Both the position numbers and the translations under genes were made by a program. A stretch of 32,839 bases of DNA, taken from Myxococcota bacterium (GTDB lineage Bacteria > Myxococcota > JACRCW01). Of the stretch, positions 17,052 to 26,836 are shown one piece after another. The stretch is taken from positions 1 to 32,839 of the forward strand of contig JBFMGU010000118.1 of NCBI GenBank assembly GCA_040752415.1, in the 5' to 3' direction. How positions within the stretch are numbered: position 1 is the first letter of the stretch; each line of letters begins with the position of its first letter. Under the pieces are notes generated by a model that worked only from the letters and a program-made list of their open reading frames with translations, did not search any database and was not told the DNA's origin.

Positions 17052-17987
17052 GTGGCCCATGTGCTGGTGACCGGAATGGCCGGCGGTCTGTCCCGCCTCG
17101 TCGCGCAGCGGCTGCTGGCGCTGGGCCACCAGGTCGTGGGCGCCGACTACCGCCCGCTCCCCGCGCCGCTCCCCGACGGGATGCCCTTCTACCAGGCCAA
17201 CTACAACAAGACGCGCATCGAGGACATCTTCAAGCGCCACAAGGTCGACAGCGTGTTGCACCTGGGCCGCGTGGGCAATCTCAAGGAGTCCATGGGCAAA
17301 CGCTTCGACCTCAACGTGGTGGGCAGCCAGAAGATCATGAATCTCTGCCTGCAGCACGGCGTGAAGCGCCTGGTGGTGCTCTCCACCTTCCACATCTACG
17401 GCGCGCACCCCGCCAACCACATCCCCATCTACGAGGACGAGCCGCTGCGCGCCGGCACCAACTTCCCGCAGCTCGCCGACGCCATCCAGCTGGACAACAT
17501 GGCCTGCCAGTGGGTCTACCAACACCGCAAGGTGCGCACCGTGGTGGTGCGGCCCACCAACGTCGTGGGGCCCCTGATCCACAACACCATGAGCCAGTTC
17601 CTGCGCCTGCGCTACATCCCGCACCTGGCCGGCTTCAATCCCATGACCCAGTTCATCTACCAGGATGACCTCGCCGACGCGGTGGTGGCCGCGCACGAGG
17701 GCGACGCCGCGGGCGTGTTCAACCTCACCGGCGACGCGGTGGTGCCCTGGCGCACCGCGCTCAAGCTGGTCAAGGCCGACACCTTCCCGCTGCCCGCCCC
17801 CTTGGTGAGCGGCTATCTCCGTCTCATCAGCGGCTTCCCGCAGTACCTGATGAACTTCTTCCTCTACCCCTGCGTCATCAGCGACCGCGCCTTCCGCGAG
17901 AAGTTCCCCTGGCGCCCGCAGGTCAGCCTGCAGGACGCGCTGTGGCGCACCGTCGAGGAGACGCGCCGCGCGCAGGGAGCGGCCTGA
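17052..17987 (+). CDS. NAD-dependent epimerase/dehydratase family protein
   Basis: [11 protein letters not shown]ossmann motif, [28 protein letters not shown]. Confidence 0.87.
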   Translation: MAHVLVTGMAGGLSRLVAQRLLALGHQVVGADYRPLPAPLPDGMPFYQANYNKTRIEDIFKRHKVDSVLHLGRVGNLKESMGKRFDLNVVGSQKIMNLCLQHGVKRLVVLSTFHIYGAHPANHIPIYEDEPLRAGTNFPQLADAIQLDNMACQWVYQHRKVRTVVVRPTNVVGPLIHNTMSQFLRLRYIPHLAGFNPMTQFIYQDDLADAVVAAHEGDAAGVFNLTGDAVVPWRTALKLVKADTFPLPAPLVSGYLRLISGFPQYLMNFFLYPCVISDRAFREKFPWRPQVSLQDALWRTVEETRRAQGAA

Positions 17988-18034
17988 ACCCCGTCCTCAA
18001 CCCCCACACGCCGCACCGCGGCAGGAGATGCACC

Positions 18035-18802
18035 ATGGAGCTCAAGGGAAAGACAGCCATCATCACCGGCGGAGCCTCCGGCCTCGGCCGCGCCACCGTG
18101 GAGCGCTTCCACGCCGCGGGCGCCAACGTGGTCATCCTGGACCGTGAGCAGTCGGACGGCGCCAAGGTGGCCGCCGCGCTGGGGAGCCGCGCGCTCTTTA
18201 CCCCCGCCGACGTCACCAGCGCGGACCTGGTGAAGGCCGCGGTGGACAAGGCGGCTGCCCAGTTCGGTGCGCTGCACATCTCGGTGAGCTGCGCGGGCGT
18301 GGGCACCGCGGCACGCACGCTCAGCAAGAACGGTCCCATGGACCTCACGCTGTTCCAGCACGTCATCAACGTGAACCTGGTGGGCACCTTCAACGTGGTG
18401 CGCCTGGCCGCCGAGAAGATGTCCACCAACGAGCCCAACGCCGACGGGGAGCGCGGCGTCATCATCAACACCGCGTCCGTGGCGGCCTTTGATGGCCAGA
18501 TTGGCCAGGCGGCCTACGCGGCCAGCAAGGGCGGCATTGTCTCCATGACCCTGCCGGTGGCGCGTGACCTCAGCAAGAACGGCATCCGCGTCATGACCAT
18601 TGCGCCGGGCATCTTTGACACGCCCATGCTCGCCCTCCTCCCCGACGACGCGCGCGCCGCCCTCGGCGCCTCCGTGCCCTTCCCGCCACGCCTGGGCAAG
18701 CCCGCGGAGTACGCGCAGCTGGCCGAGGCCATCGTGCTCAATCCCATGCTGAACGGGGAGGTGATCCGCCTGGACGGCGCGCTGCGCATGGCGCCCAAGT
18801 GA
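18035..18802 (+). CDS. SDR oxidoreductase, 3-hydroxyacyl-CoA dehydrogenase type II (HSD10-like)
   Basis: [65 protein letters not shown]. Confidence 0.93.
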   Translation: MELKGKTAIITGGASGLGRATVERFHAAGANVVILDREQSDGAKVAAALGSRALFTPADVTSADLVKAAVDKAAAQFGALHISVSCAGVGTAARTLSKNGPMDLTLFQHVINVNLVGTFNVVRLAAEKMSTNEPNADGERGVIINTASVAAFDGQIGQAAYAASKGGIVSMTLPVARDLSKNGIRVMTIAPGIFDTPMLALLPDDARAALGASVPFPPRLGKPAEYAQLAEAIVLNPMLNGEVIRLDGALRMAPK

Positions 18803-18808
18803 GTGCCC

Positions 18809-18840
18809 GCGGCGGTGGCTCGCGCTCGGGTTACCGCCGC
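18809..18840 (+). terminator. GC-rich 3' hairpin after the SDR gene (no U-tract)
   Basis: GCGGCGGTGGCTCG-CGCT-CGGGTTACCGCCGC: a 14-bp stem whose three G-U pairs form only on the + strand RNA. Confidence 0.45.
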
Positions 18841-19121
18841 ATCCTCCCGTTGTCGGCCCTGGCCCGCGCCGCGACGTTCAGCCGACGGGTCGACGTCGTC
18901 AACGTGACCTGTCCGCGGTGATGCTCCCGTCGTTCGTTGGGAGCGGATCCGCAGCGTCTGCGTCATTTTTCAGCCAGGTTGCTTGCGCTTTGACATGCCG
19001 AATGACATAGCGGGGTGCGACAGCGGGCGACACAGTAGGTGGGCTCGGGGTCGCGCCCTAGGTCAATCCAGGCCGGGCGGTGAGTGTGCTGCTGACGCAG
19101 TACGAGAAAGCAAGAAAGCAA

Positions 19122-19325
19122 ATGCCAGTCGGTACCGTGAAGTGGTTCAATGATGCCAAGGGTTTCGGGTTCATCGCGCGCGAGGGCGGCCCTGATGTGT
19201 TCGTGCACTTCAGCGCCATCTCGGGCCAGGGCTTCAAGAGCCTGCAGGAAGGCCAGCGCGTGGAGTTCGAGGTTGTCCCGGGCAAGAAGGGGGAGCAGGC
19301 GCAGAATGTCCGGCCCGTGGGCTGA
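19122..19325 (+). CDS. Cold-shock protein (CspA family)
   Basis: 67 aa, [15 protein letters not shown] (RNP1) and DVFVHF (RNP2). Confidence 0.97.
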   Translation: MPVGTVKWFNDAKGFGFIAREGGPDVFVHFSAISGQGFKSLQEGQRVEFEVVPGKKGEQAQNVRPVG

Positions 19326-19361
19326 CTGAAGCGTTTGCACTTCTGGGCTGATGAGGCCCTC

Positions 19362-19390
19362 AAAAGCCCGCGGGAGACCGCGGGTTTTTT
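19362..19390. terminator. Intrinsic terminator, probably bidirectional
   Basis: AAAAGCCCGCGG-GAGA-CCGCGGGTTTTTT between the convergent csp and DUF1801 genes. Confidence 0.88.
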
Positions 19391-19407
19391 GTTGCCCGAA
19401 ATTCGGC

Positions 19408-19878
19408 TCAGCGACGCGCCGTCTTCTTTGCCGCCGCCCTCTTCACCGGCGCCTTCTTCGCGACCGTCTTCTTCGTGGCGGCCTGCTTCGCCGGCTTCTT
19501 CACCGCGCCCTTGGCCGCGCCCTCCGCGTGCAGGCCGCACCACGACGCCACCACCGCCGCCAGCTCACCCCGCCGCTTCTCGGCGTCGGCCACGTCCTGG
19601 ATGCGCATGTAGCGCGCGGTGTCGCCGCCACCCTCCAGGCCGGGATGGTGACCCGGGATCTTCGCGCCGGTGTGGAACAGCAGGCTCACGTGCGCCTTGC
19701 TGCGCGGGTTGAAGCTGGCCAGGTTGCCGTTGAAGGTGAACGTGGGCGTCTGCCACTTGATGCACTCATCCATGCGCGCGTCGGCGTCCAGGATGATCTC
19801 CCGCACGCGCAACATGGCGTCCTTCAGCGGGTGCTCCAGCTTCTTGAACCACTGGTCCACTTCGGCTCGTCGGGGCAT
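19408..19878 (-). CDS. DUF1801-domain protein with Lys/Ala-rich C-terminal tail
   Basis: ATG 19878 after GGAGGAG. HPLKDAMLRVREIIL...ECIKWQTPTF...LLFHTGA; tail KKPAKQAATKKTVAKKAPVKRAAAKKTARR. Confidence 0.83.
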   Translation of the reverse strand: MPRRAEVDQWFKKLEHPLKDAMLRVREIILDADARMDECIKWQTPTFTFNGNLASFNPRSKAHVSLLFHTGAKIPGHHPGLEGGGDTARYMRIQDVADAEKRRGELAAVVASWCGLHAEGAAKGAVKKPAKQAATKKTVAKKAPVKRAAAKKTARR

Positions 19879-20091
19879 GGCTCCTCCGTTTCCGTCAACG
19901 TTGGCGCAACCGCCCGCTGCAATCAACGCGGACCTCGGCGTTGCCATTCTGTCCCGGGTTTCCTCCCCACGGCGCGGCTTCTTGCCAACATTTCCGGACG
20001 TCGTCACGCGCCCGCCCGGCATGACACGCGGGAACCATGCGTTACGCCCTGGCGCGCCGATTGCTCGGCGGGGAGGCGGAGAGCGCGCGTC

Positions 20092-21273
20092 ATGCAACTG
20101 GACACCCTCATCACCCTGGCCCGGGAGCACGGCGCCAGCGACCTGCACCTGGAAGGCGGACTGCCCGCGGCGCTGCGCGTGAGGGGCTCGCTCAAGACGG
20201 TGGGGGAGGCCATTCCCGCCGCCACGTTGTCGGCGATGGCGCGGGAGCTCGTCGGGGAGGCGCACTGGGGGGAGCTGCGGGAGCGTCGTTCCTTGGACCT
20301 GGCGCGCACCATCCAGGGCGTGCGGTGTCGCATCAACATCCTGCACACGCTGCGCGGCGTGGGCCTGGCGGTGCGACTGCTCGCCGCCACGCAGGCCTCC
20401 ATCAAGCGCCTCAACCTCCACCCGGACATGAAGCGCCTGGTGCAACCGGAGACCGGGCTGGTCCTCGTCAGCGGGCCCACCGGCAGCGGCAAGACCAGCA
20501 CGCTGGCCGCGCTCATCCAGGAGATCAACGCCAGCGAGTCGCGGCACATCATCACGCTGGAGCATCCCATCGAGTACGCGTTCCGGCCGCAGCAGGCCTT
20601 CATCCGCCAGCGCGAGGTGGGGCGCGACACGCCCTCGTTCGAGCAGGGCCTGCTGGACGCGCTGCGCGAGGATCCCGACGTCATCATGGTGGGGGAGATG
20701 CGCGACCCGCACACCATGCGTCTCACCCTGAACGCCGCGGAGACTGGTCACCTGGTGCTGGCCACCATGCACTCCGCCACCTGCGCGGAGGCGCTGCAGC
20801 GCGTGGTGAGCAGCTTTGCGCCGGAGGTGCAGCCGGCGGTGTGCGCGCAGCTGGCGGATTGCCTGGTGGCCGTGGTGTGCCAGCGGCTGCGCTTCCGACC
20901 GAAGGAGAAGCTGCGCGTGCCGGAGTGCGAGATCCTCGTCGCCACCACCGCGGCCAAGGCGGTGATCCGGCAGAACCAGTTCTTCAAGCTCCCGTCGGTG
21001 ATGGAGTCCGGCGGCGCGGACGGGCACTGGACGTGGGCGCGCTACGCGGAGTGGCTGGACCGACGCACGGATTGGTCCATCCCCTCGTCGCAGGCCAACG
21101 AGCCGCCCGAGGACACGCTGCGCGAGGAGCCAGCCGAGCCCGCGCCCCCGCCTCCCCGACGGACCGAGCCGCGCGCACCTCCACCCGCCACCCCGCCGCC
21201 GGAGGGCGTCATCGTCATCAACGAGGAGGAGGACGACCTGGACGCGCTGTTGCGCCAGATTCAGAAGCGGTAG
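20092..21273 (+). CDS. PilT/PilU-family type IV pilus ATPase
   Basis: ASDLHL, Walker A GPTGSGKT, QREVGRDT, ALREDPDVIMVGEMRD, AAETGHLVLATMH; Pro/acidic C-terminal tail. Confidence 0.92.
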   Translation: MQLDTLITLAREHGASDLHLEGGLPAALRVRGSLKTVGEAIPAATLSAMARELVGEAHWGELRERRSLDLARTIQGVRCRINILHTLRGVGLAVRLLAATQASIKRLNLHPDMKRLVQPETGLVLVSGPTGSGKTSTLAALIQEINASESRHIITLEHPIEYAFRPQQAFIRQREVGRDTPSFEQGLLDALREDPDVIMVGEMRDPHTMRLTLNAAETGHLVLATMHSATCAEALQRVVSSFAPEVQPAVCAQLADCLVAVVCQRLRFRPKEKLRVPECEILVATTAAKAVIRQNQFFKLPSVMESGGADGHWTWARYAEWLDRRTDWSIPSSQANEPPEDTLREEPAEPAPPPPRRTEPRAPPPATPPPEGVIVINEEEDDLDALLRQIQKR

Positions 21274-21932
21274 CGGAGGCGCCGGAACAGCGGTAGCGCC
21301 AGGAACGCGTAGCGCGGCTTGCGGAGCACCTGCAGCCCCTTGAGCACGAACAATCCCAGCACCGTGCCGCCGAGCCCCACCGCCAGCTTCGTCGCGGGCG
21401 ACCAGTTCTGCTGCAACAGCTCCGGCACCTCCCCCGCCCGCGTCATGCCGCCCTGCAACGCGGGATGGTCGGTGCCGCCGCGTTCCAGCGCGTCGTCGAC
21501 GTGGGTGACGCCGGGGATGGACCGCACCGCGTGCAGCGTCCGCTCCGCCTCCTCCGCCAGGATGGGTCCGCTCAGACGCACCCGCCCGTCCTGCGCAAAC
21601 ACGATCACCGCGTGCGGGTGGGAGCAGTAGCGGCCGAGCTTGGCGCGCACGCGCTCTTCCAGCACGTTGTCGGGCACGGCTTCACGACGGAAGCGGGTGC
21701 GCAGCGCGTAGAACAGGCCGCGGGAACGGTTGCTCACATCCATGGCGGTGACCTGCGCGCCTTCCCGGATCTCATGCGCCGCGTGCACCATCTTGTCGCG
21801 CGTGAGCGCCCGTCGACGACGACCGCTCAGCGGATCCAGCCAGAACATCAGCTCCGTGCCCAGTGCCACGGCGCCCAGGAACATCGCCGGCGCCAGGATG
21901 CCCCGGCCGCCCTTCAGACCCATCAGCTCCAT
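21261..21932 (-). CDS. BON-domain membrane-associated protein
   Basis: ATG 21932 after AGGAGG. MFWLDPLSGRRRRA and DNVLEERVRAKLGR...DGRVRLSG...VRSIPGVTHVDDAL. Confidence 0.83.
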   Translation of the reverse strand: MELMGLKGGRGILAPAMFLGAVALGTELMFWLDPLSGRRRRALTRDKMVHAAHEIREGAQVTAMDVSNRSRGLFYALRTRFRREAVPDNVLEERVRAKLGRYCSHPHAVIVFAQDGRVRLSGPILAEEAERTLHAVRSIPGVTHVDDALERGGTDHPALQGGMTRAGEVPELLQQNWSPATKLAVGLGGTVLGLFVLKGLQVLRKPRYAFLALPLFRRLRYRF

Positions 21933-22099
21933 GATGACCTCCTGCGCAATCCTCGTGGAGCTACCGCGCGCGCGGAGGCCGGCAAGGGCGCGGTGACGTC
22001 GGGTGCGCACCTTCCCGGACATCCGGCAGGGCGTCCTGGGGAGGGAGCGGGAGCGTGGGGTTGTGGAGCACGGATTTCCCGCCAGCTAGGCTGCTGCGC

Positions 22100-23011
22100 A
22101 TGCTGGCTGCGCTCTGGTGGATGCCGTTGGGAATGGTGCTGGCCACGAGCCCGGAGGCGGACGGGCACCTGCTGGATCCCGACGCGGAGCTGCGGGCCGC
22201 GGTGGCCAGCGCGCAGGTCGACACCACGCCACTGCTCGACGAGCACCTCCTGGACCCACAGGCGGAGATGCGCGCGCCGCTGCCGGAGGCCATGGACCCG
22301 CGGCTGGCCGCCGTCACCATGATCCCGCCCAGCCTCACCGTCGAGGAGATGATGGCCACGGAGGTGATGCCGGACATCGCGGCGGTGCGGGTGGACGTGG
22401 GCTCGTCCGAGGACGTGGCCCCGCTGCTCCCGCCGCTCGTCGACGAGGGGAACGACACGCTGCTCTCCGAGGACCTCTCCACGGTGGCGCTGCCCCTCCC
22501 GCAGGTGGAAGCGCCCTCCCACGACGCGCTTCCCCTCGCCATGACGACGGCGGGAGAGCCGCTGGCTTCGCCCGAGGGCGACACGACCTTCGAGGCGCTG
22601 CCCCCCAGCCAGCCACCCGTGCCGGTGGGAATCACCCGTCCCGAGCCGCTGGAGCTGCGCCCCTACCAAGCGCCCGCGCTCGTCGTCAGTCGCGGGGTGC
22701 TGAGCGGTGCGGCGCTGGTGGGCGTGGGCTCGTTTGCGCTTGGCGTGGCGTCGGTGGTGGCGGCCAACCTGGCGTGGATGCAGCTGCGTCGCGGCGCGGT
22801 TCCCGACGAGAGCTACTCCAACGCGGCCTTCCTTGCCGACGCGGGGTTTGTCGCGGGCGCCGGCCTGTTCCTGGTGACGGCAATCTGCGTGGCGGTGGGC
22901 GGGGCGGCCATGGCGTCGGCGGGCGTGCTCGACGCGCTGGAGGGACCGGAGCCCGCGCCGCGCAACGGGTCCACCAAGGGTCGCGCCACCACGGTGCGCA
23001 CCACGCCGTGA
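22100..23011 (+). CDS. Hypothetical exported/membrane protein with acidic low-complexity N-region and two C-terminal TM helices
   Basis: Host-like codon usage, signal-like N-terminus, D/E/P-rich middle and two hydrophobic C-terminal stretches. Confidence 0.7.
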   Translation: MLAALWWMPLGMVLATSPEADGHLLDPDAELRAAVASAQVDTTPLLDEHLLDPQAEMRAPLPEAMDPRLAAVTMIPPSLTVEEMMATEVMPDIAAVRVDVGSSEDVAPLLPPLVDEGNDTLLSEDLSTVALPLPQVEAPSHDALPLAMTTAGEPLASPEGDTTFEALPPSQPPVPVGITRPEPLELRPYQAPALVVSRGVLSGAALVGVGSFALGVASVVAANLAWMQLRRGAVPDESYSNAAFLADAGFVAGAGLFLVTAICVAVGGAAMASAGVLDALEGPEPAPRNGSTKGRATTVRTTP

Positions 23012-23021
23012 TACCCGCGCC

Positions 23022-23795
23022 TCACTGCAGCTCGAGCAACGGATCCTCGGCGGTGCCCACCGCGTAGAACTCCTCGAGCAGCGCCTGGAACTCCGGGGCG
23101 GGCTCGGTGATCTCCACCCCCAGACCACTGCGGCCACCCTCGCGCACCCGTCGACGCACCACCACATTCATGGGCAGCCACGCGCCGGTGCGCGGATGCA
23201 CCAGGTGGATGAGCAGCTCCGTCCCTTCCGGCACGTCCACCGGCGTGGTGAGGAACATGCCGCCCACGCTGACGTTCTGGGTCATGCACTCGCGCAGCTC
23301 CCCGTCGTCGGCCAGGCGCACCACCAGCTCCGCGGCGAAGCGCGGGTAGGCGCGCCGCACCGGGTCGGCGGCATCCACCGGCGCCATGAGGATGGACTGG
23401 TGGGTGGACTCCGGGCGCGAGCGCCGGATGTGGTGGATGAAGCGCTCCCAACGCTGCTGCGCGTGCTGCGAGAGGCCGTAGAACTGGATGCCCGCGCCGG
23501 GCACGCGCTGCGGGTGGCCCACACCCACCACGTGCGCCACCACTCCCAACATGTCCAACGGCTCGGGCTCGGTGGGGATGGTGACGCGCAGGCGCACCAG
23601 GTGGCGCAGGTCGGGTGGGTTGTCGGTGCGCACGAACATGCCGCGCAGGCTGATGTCCTCCGTCAGCGACGACACCTGCGTACCATTGGCGGAGAGCGTC
23701 ACCGCCAGCCGGATGCGGTAGCGGACGTCACGGCGGGCCTCGCCGCGAAGGAAGGTTCCCGGTGGGGCTTCTGGCAGGACCTTGCCATCACTCAT
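23022..23795 (-). CDS. Tandem PilZ-domain protein
   Basis: ATG 23795 after GGAGG. Two RxxxR + (D/N)xSxxG motif pairs: RRDVR/DISLRG and RAYPR/NVSVGG. Confidence 0.88.
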   Translation of the reverse strand: MSDGKVLPEAPPGTFLRGEARRDVRYRIRLAVTLSANGTQVSSLTEDISLRGMFVRTDNPPDLRHLVRLRVTIPTEPEPLDMLGVVAHVVGVGHPQRVPGAGIQFYGLSQHAQQRWERFIHHIRRSRPESTHQSILMAPVDAADPVRRAYPRFAAELVVRLADDGELRECMTQNVSVGGMFLTTPVDVPEGTELLIHLVHPRTGAWLPMNVVVRRRVREGGRSGLGVEITEPAPEFQALLEEFYAVGTAEDPLLELQ

Positions 23796-24028
23796 GAATC
23801 GGCCTCCGCGTTTGGGCCATCGGCACGCACCGCCCGGTCCTGAAGCGCGGACCCGCCCCCGGTCATCCGCGGGACCCCCCACCCATCGGACAAGGGGATG
23901 ATGGGGGAAAAACCGCTGCATTTTCGCGCCACTCCAGCCCACGTCGCAGGTTGTCACCCCAGGTGCGCTCCGTCATCCTGCCGACCGCCGGGGCGCCCCC
24001 CCAACGCCCCTGGATCCGGACGAGAAAC

Positions 24029-25918
24029 ATGTTGATTCGCCGCACCCGAGCCCTTCCCTTCACGACCCTCATGCTGGCCGCGCTGATGGCCGCCCCGGCG
24101 CACGCGCAGCAGCGCTGGCTGCTGGATGAGCTGGATGTCCGCCCGGACATTCCCAATCCCGCGCTGGTGGAGGGCGCGCCGCTGTTCGAGCGCAGTCTCT
24201 CGCCGGAGGAGTACCGCGCGTGGGTGACGCATCCGCCGTCACGGAAGCTGGATGAGCTGGCGCGCGCCAACCCGGTGCCGCGGCTGGGCGGAGGCAACCC
24301 GCAGTTCGCGGCGGAGACGGTGGGCGACATCCTCGTCGTCGACGGGACCAGCCAGACGGTGCTCTCCGTCAACCAGGATGGCAGCGCGTGCACCGGCGGT
24401 CCCAACCAGTGCTACAAGGTGCTCAACCACCAGGGCCGCGCGGTCGACCGCATCGTCGAGGACGCGCTGGACGTCCTGGGCGACAACTACGACATGATCG
24501 TGGTGTGGACCACCTTCGAGGACTACAGCGGAGGCGCGTACTACTCGCCGCTGCGCAATGACATCCAGGGCCTGGGCAAGTGCAACCAGAGCCAGGGCCA
24601 GGACGCCATCTTCGGCTGCATGTTCGACCAGTCCGGCGGGCTCAACCTGCAGGGCGAGATCTTCATGAACAGCGTGGACATGTGGATGCAGACCGACCAG
24701 CAGATGGGTCTGGGCTACACGGAGGATGACTTCGAGAGCCAGATCTACAGCACGCTGGCGCAGGAGAGCGCGCACCGCTGGCTGGTGGGCTTCCACATCA
24801 ATGACCCGGACACCGGCGCGGACAGCACCGCCCTGCTCGGCCGCGACCGCAGCCACTGGAACCTGAAGGTGGACGCCAACGGCTCGGTGATGGACGGCCT
24901 GGACTGGGAGCACAACGGCGGCAGCAACTTCGAGATCGTGGGCGACAACGACACCTACAGCCCGCTGGACCTCTACGCCATGGGCCTGGCCTCCCCCGAC
25001 GAGGTGGAGCCGTTCTTCATCGTCAAGAACGCGTTCAGCCAGGACCTCAAGGACATCTACCGCTCCTGGGGCCAGAACATCAGCGGCTACATCCCCGACG
25101 GCAACGACGAGCTCTTCGTCCCGCCCGTGGAGCTGACCGGCCCCCTGGCCGCCACCGGCACGCTGCAGGAGGTCACCATCGACGACATCATCACCACCAA
25201 CCGCGCGCGCGTGCCCTCCGCCGCCAACAGTCCCAAGGAGTTCAAGCAGGCCTTCGTGCTGGTGACCTACCCGGGCGAGTCGCAGAGCTCGATCAGCAAC
25301 AAAGTGGAGCAGCTGGAGCTGGTGCGCACCGTGTGGGAGCAGTGGTTCGCGGCCAAGACCGGCGGGCGCGGCACCGTGTGCACGGCGCTGGATGGCGTCT
25401 GTCGCCCGGCGCAGCCGGAGATCCGCGACCTGCGCATGGGCGAGTGGAAGCGCGGGGAGACGGTGGACGCCTTTGTGTCCATCTCCAACCCCGGCGGGCG
25501 CATGCTGGAGAGCGCCACCGCGCGCATCAGCACCGCGCAGGGCTTCATCACCCTGGAGCAGGACAGCGTCACCATCACCAACGTGGACGCCGGGCAGCTC
25601 AAGGAGAGCGGCACGCCCTTCCGCCTGCGCGCGGAGAATGACCTGCCCTGCAGCGTCACCAGCGTCCCGCTCACCGTCACCGTGGAGACCGCGGGCAACG
25701 CGCCGGTGAGCCGTCAGTTCAGCGTCTCGGTGGGGGAGTGCACCGCGGGCCAGGGGGGCAGCTCCACCTCGTCGGGTGGCGTGGCGGTGGGCCCGGGTGG
25801 CGCCGGAGGCATCCCGGTGGGTCCGTGCCGCTGCGCCTCCCCCGCCGCCGAGGGCGCCCCGCTCATGGCGCTGGCGCTGCTGGGCCTGGGCACGCTGCTG
25901 CGTCGTCGTCGGAAGTGA
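24029..25918 (+). CDS. Secreted zincin-like protein with MYXO-CTERM sorting tail
   Basis: Signal peptide ending AHA-Q; QESAHRW...SHW...GSVMDG...YSPLDLYAMGL; Ig-like C-terminal domain; tail CRCAS...ALALLGLGTLLRRRRK. Confidence 0.8.
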   Translation: MLIRRTRALPFTTLMLAALMAAPAHAQQRWLLDELDVRPDIPNPALVEGAPLFERSLSPEEYRAWVTHPPSRKLDELARANPVPRLGGGNPQFAAETVGDILVVDGTSQTVLSVNQDGSACTGGPNQCYKVLNHQGRAVDRIVEDALDVLGDNYDMIVVWTTFEDYSGGAYYSPLRNDIQGLGKCNQSQGQDAIFGCMFDQSGGLNLQGEIFMNSVDMWMQTDQQMGLGYTEDDFESQIYSTLAQESAHRWLVGFHINDPDTGADSTALLGRDRSHWNLKVDANGSVMDGLDWEHNGGSNFEIVGDNDTYSPLDLYAMGLASPDEVEPFFIVKNAFSQDLKDIYRSWGQNISGYIPDGNDELFVPPVELTGPLAATGTLQEVTIDDIITTNRARVPSAANSPKEFKQAFVLVTYPGESQSSISNKVEQLELVRTVWEQWFAAKTGGRGTVCTALDGVCRPAQPEIRDLRMGEWKRGETVDAFVSISNPGGRMLESATARISTAQGFITLEQDSVTITNVDAGQLKESGTPFRLRAENDLPCSVTSVPLTVTVETAGNAPVSRQFSVSVGECTAGQGGSSTSSGGVAVGPGGAGGIPVGPCRCASPAAEGAPLMALALLGLGTLLRRRRK

Positions 25919-25922
25919 GCGC

Positions 25923-26642
25923 TCAGGCGGGGGACGGGCCCAGCACCGCGGCCCGCTTCTGCAGGCGCCGGTATTCCTTCAGCACCTTGGTCGGGTAACC
26001 CGCGTAGAAGCGCGTGCGCAGCTCGCGGTCCGCCAGGATCTCGCGCGCCGCGGTGGGCCCCGCGTTGTAGGCCACCAGCGCCGCACGCAACGAGCCAAAG
26101 CGACGCACCAGCTCGCTCAGGTAGCTGGTGGCCAGCGCCACGTTCAGCTCCGGGTCGAACAGGTTGGTGTCGCGCCCCAGCGCCACGCCCTGCCGCTCCG
26201 CCAGCCAGCGCCCCGTGTCGGGCATGACCTGCATGAGCCCCATGGCGCCCTTCTGGCTCACCGCGAAGGAGTGGAAGCTGCTCTCGGTGCGGATCACCGC
26301 CACCACCAGCAGCGGGTCCAGCTCATGGCGACGGGACTCCCGCAGGATGGCCACCGCCACCCGCTTCTGCACGTGCGGCGGGAGACCAGAGCTCTGCACC
26401 GCGGCCAGGATGCCCAGGCGCTCGGCGTCCTGCAGGAGCGGCCCGTCGTCCAGGTCGGCCACGCGACGTTGCAGGCGTTGCAGCTGGCGGTCCCGCAGGA
26501 GCAACAGCGCGTGCAGCTCCTCCGCCGCCACGGTGTCCGACTCCAGCACGTCCAGCACCGCGGGAGGCTCCCACAGCGCGGCGCCCAGGCAGGACAAGAG
26601 GGCGGTCACCAGCGCAACCGCGGCGGCCATCCTTCCGCCCAT
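25923..26642 (-). CDS. Lytic transglycosylase (SLT domain)
   Basis: DPLLVVAVIRTESSF, GAMGLMQVMP, LFDPELNV, ALVAYNAGP; N-terminal hydrophobic segment; start uncertain (26630, 26642 or further upstream). Confidence 0.9.
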   Translation of the reverse strand: MGGRMAAAVALVTALLSCLGAALWEPPAVLDVLESDTVAAEELHALLLLRDRQLQRLQRRVADLDDGPLLQDAERLGILAAVQSSGLPPHVQKRVAVAILRESRRHELDPLLVVAVIRTESSFHSFAVSQKGAMGLMQVMPDTGRWLAERQGVALGRDTNLFDPELNVALATSYLSELVRRFGSLRAALVAYNAGPTAAREILADRELRTRFYAGYPTKVLKEYRRLQKRAAVLGPSPA

Positions 26643-26836
26643 GACGCTCCCGTTCCCGGCGCCCCACGAGGTGACGCGCGACGCGCGCACCGCGGCCCCC
26701 TCCCCACGACGCCCGGCGTGCCACGTGCCCGCGGACTGCCAGCCCCCCTGCTCCAGCGCAGATGATGACAACTTGGACCCCAATCGGCCGGTGGCGACTG
26801 TTCCGCCCCCCGAACATCCGGCCGACCGCGCTTCAG

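Noticed and set aside
18990..19011. Perfect TTGACA upstream of the first csp, overlapping a TGACAT-N6-TGACAT repeat
   Set aside because: There is no -10 box 16-18 bp downstream of TTGACA, and the 6-bp repeat is too short to support a regulatory call.
19348..19401. Hammerhead-ribozyme-like CTGATGAG...GAAA downstream of the first csp
   Set aside because: Stem II has only 2 bp before a mismatch, and no NUH cleavage triplet with proper stems I and III can be built in either the type I or type III topology. The region is explained by the intrinsic terminator.
19351..21027. Long N-terminal extensions in the ORF track for PilT (from 19351) and DUF1801 (from 21027)
   Set aside because: Each overlaps the other gene on the opposite strand. 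Family homology and plausible starts begin at 20092 and 19878.
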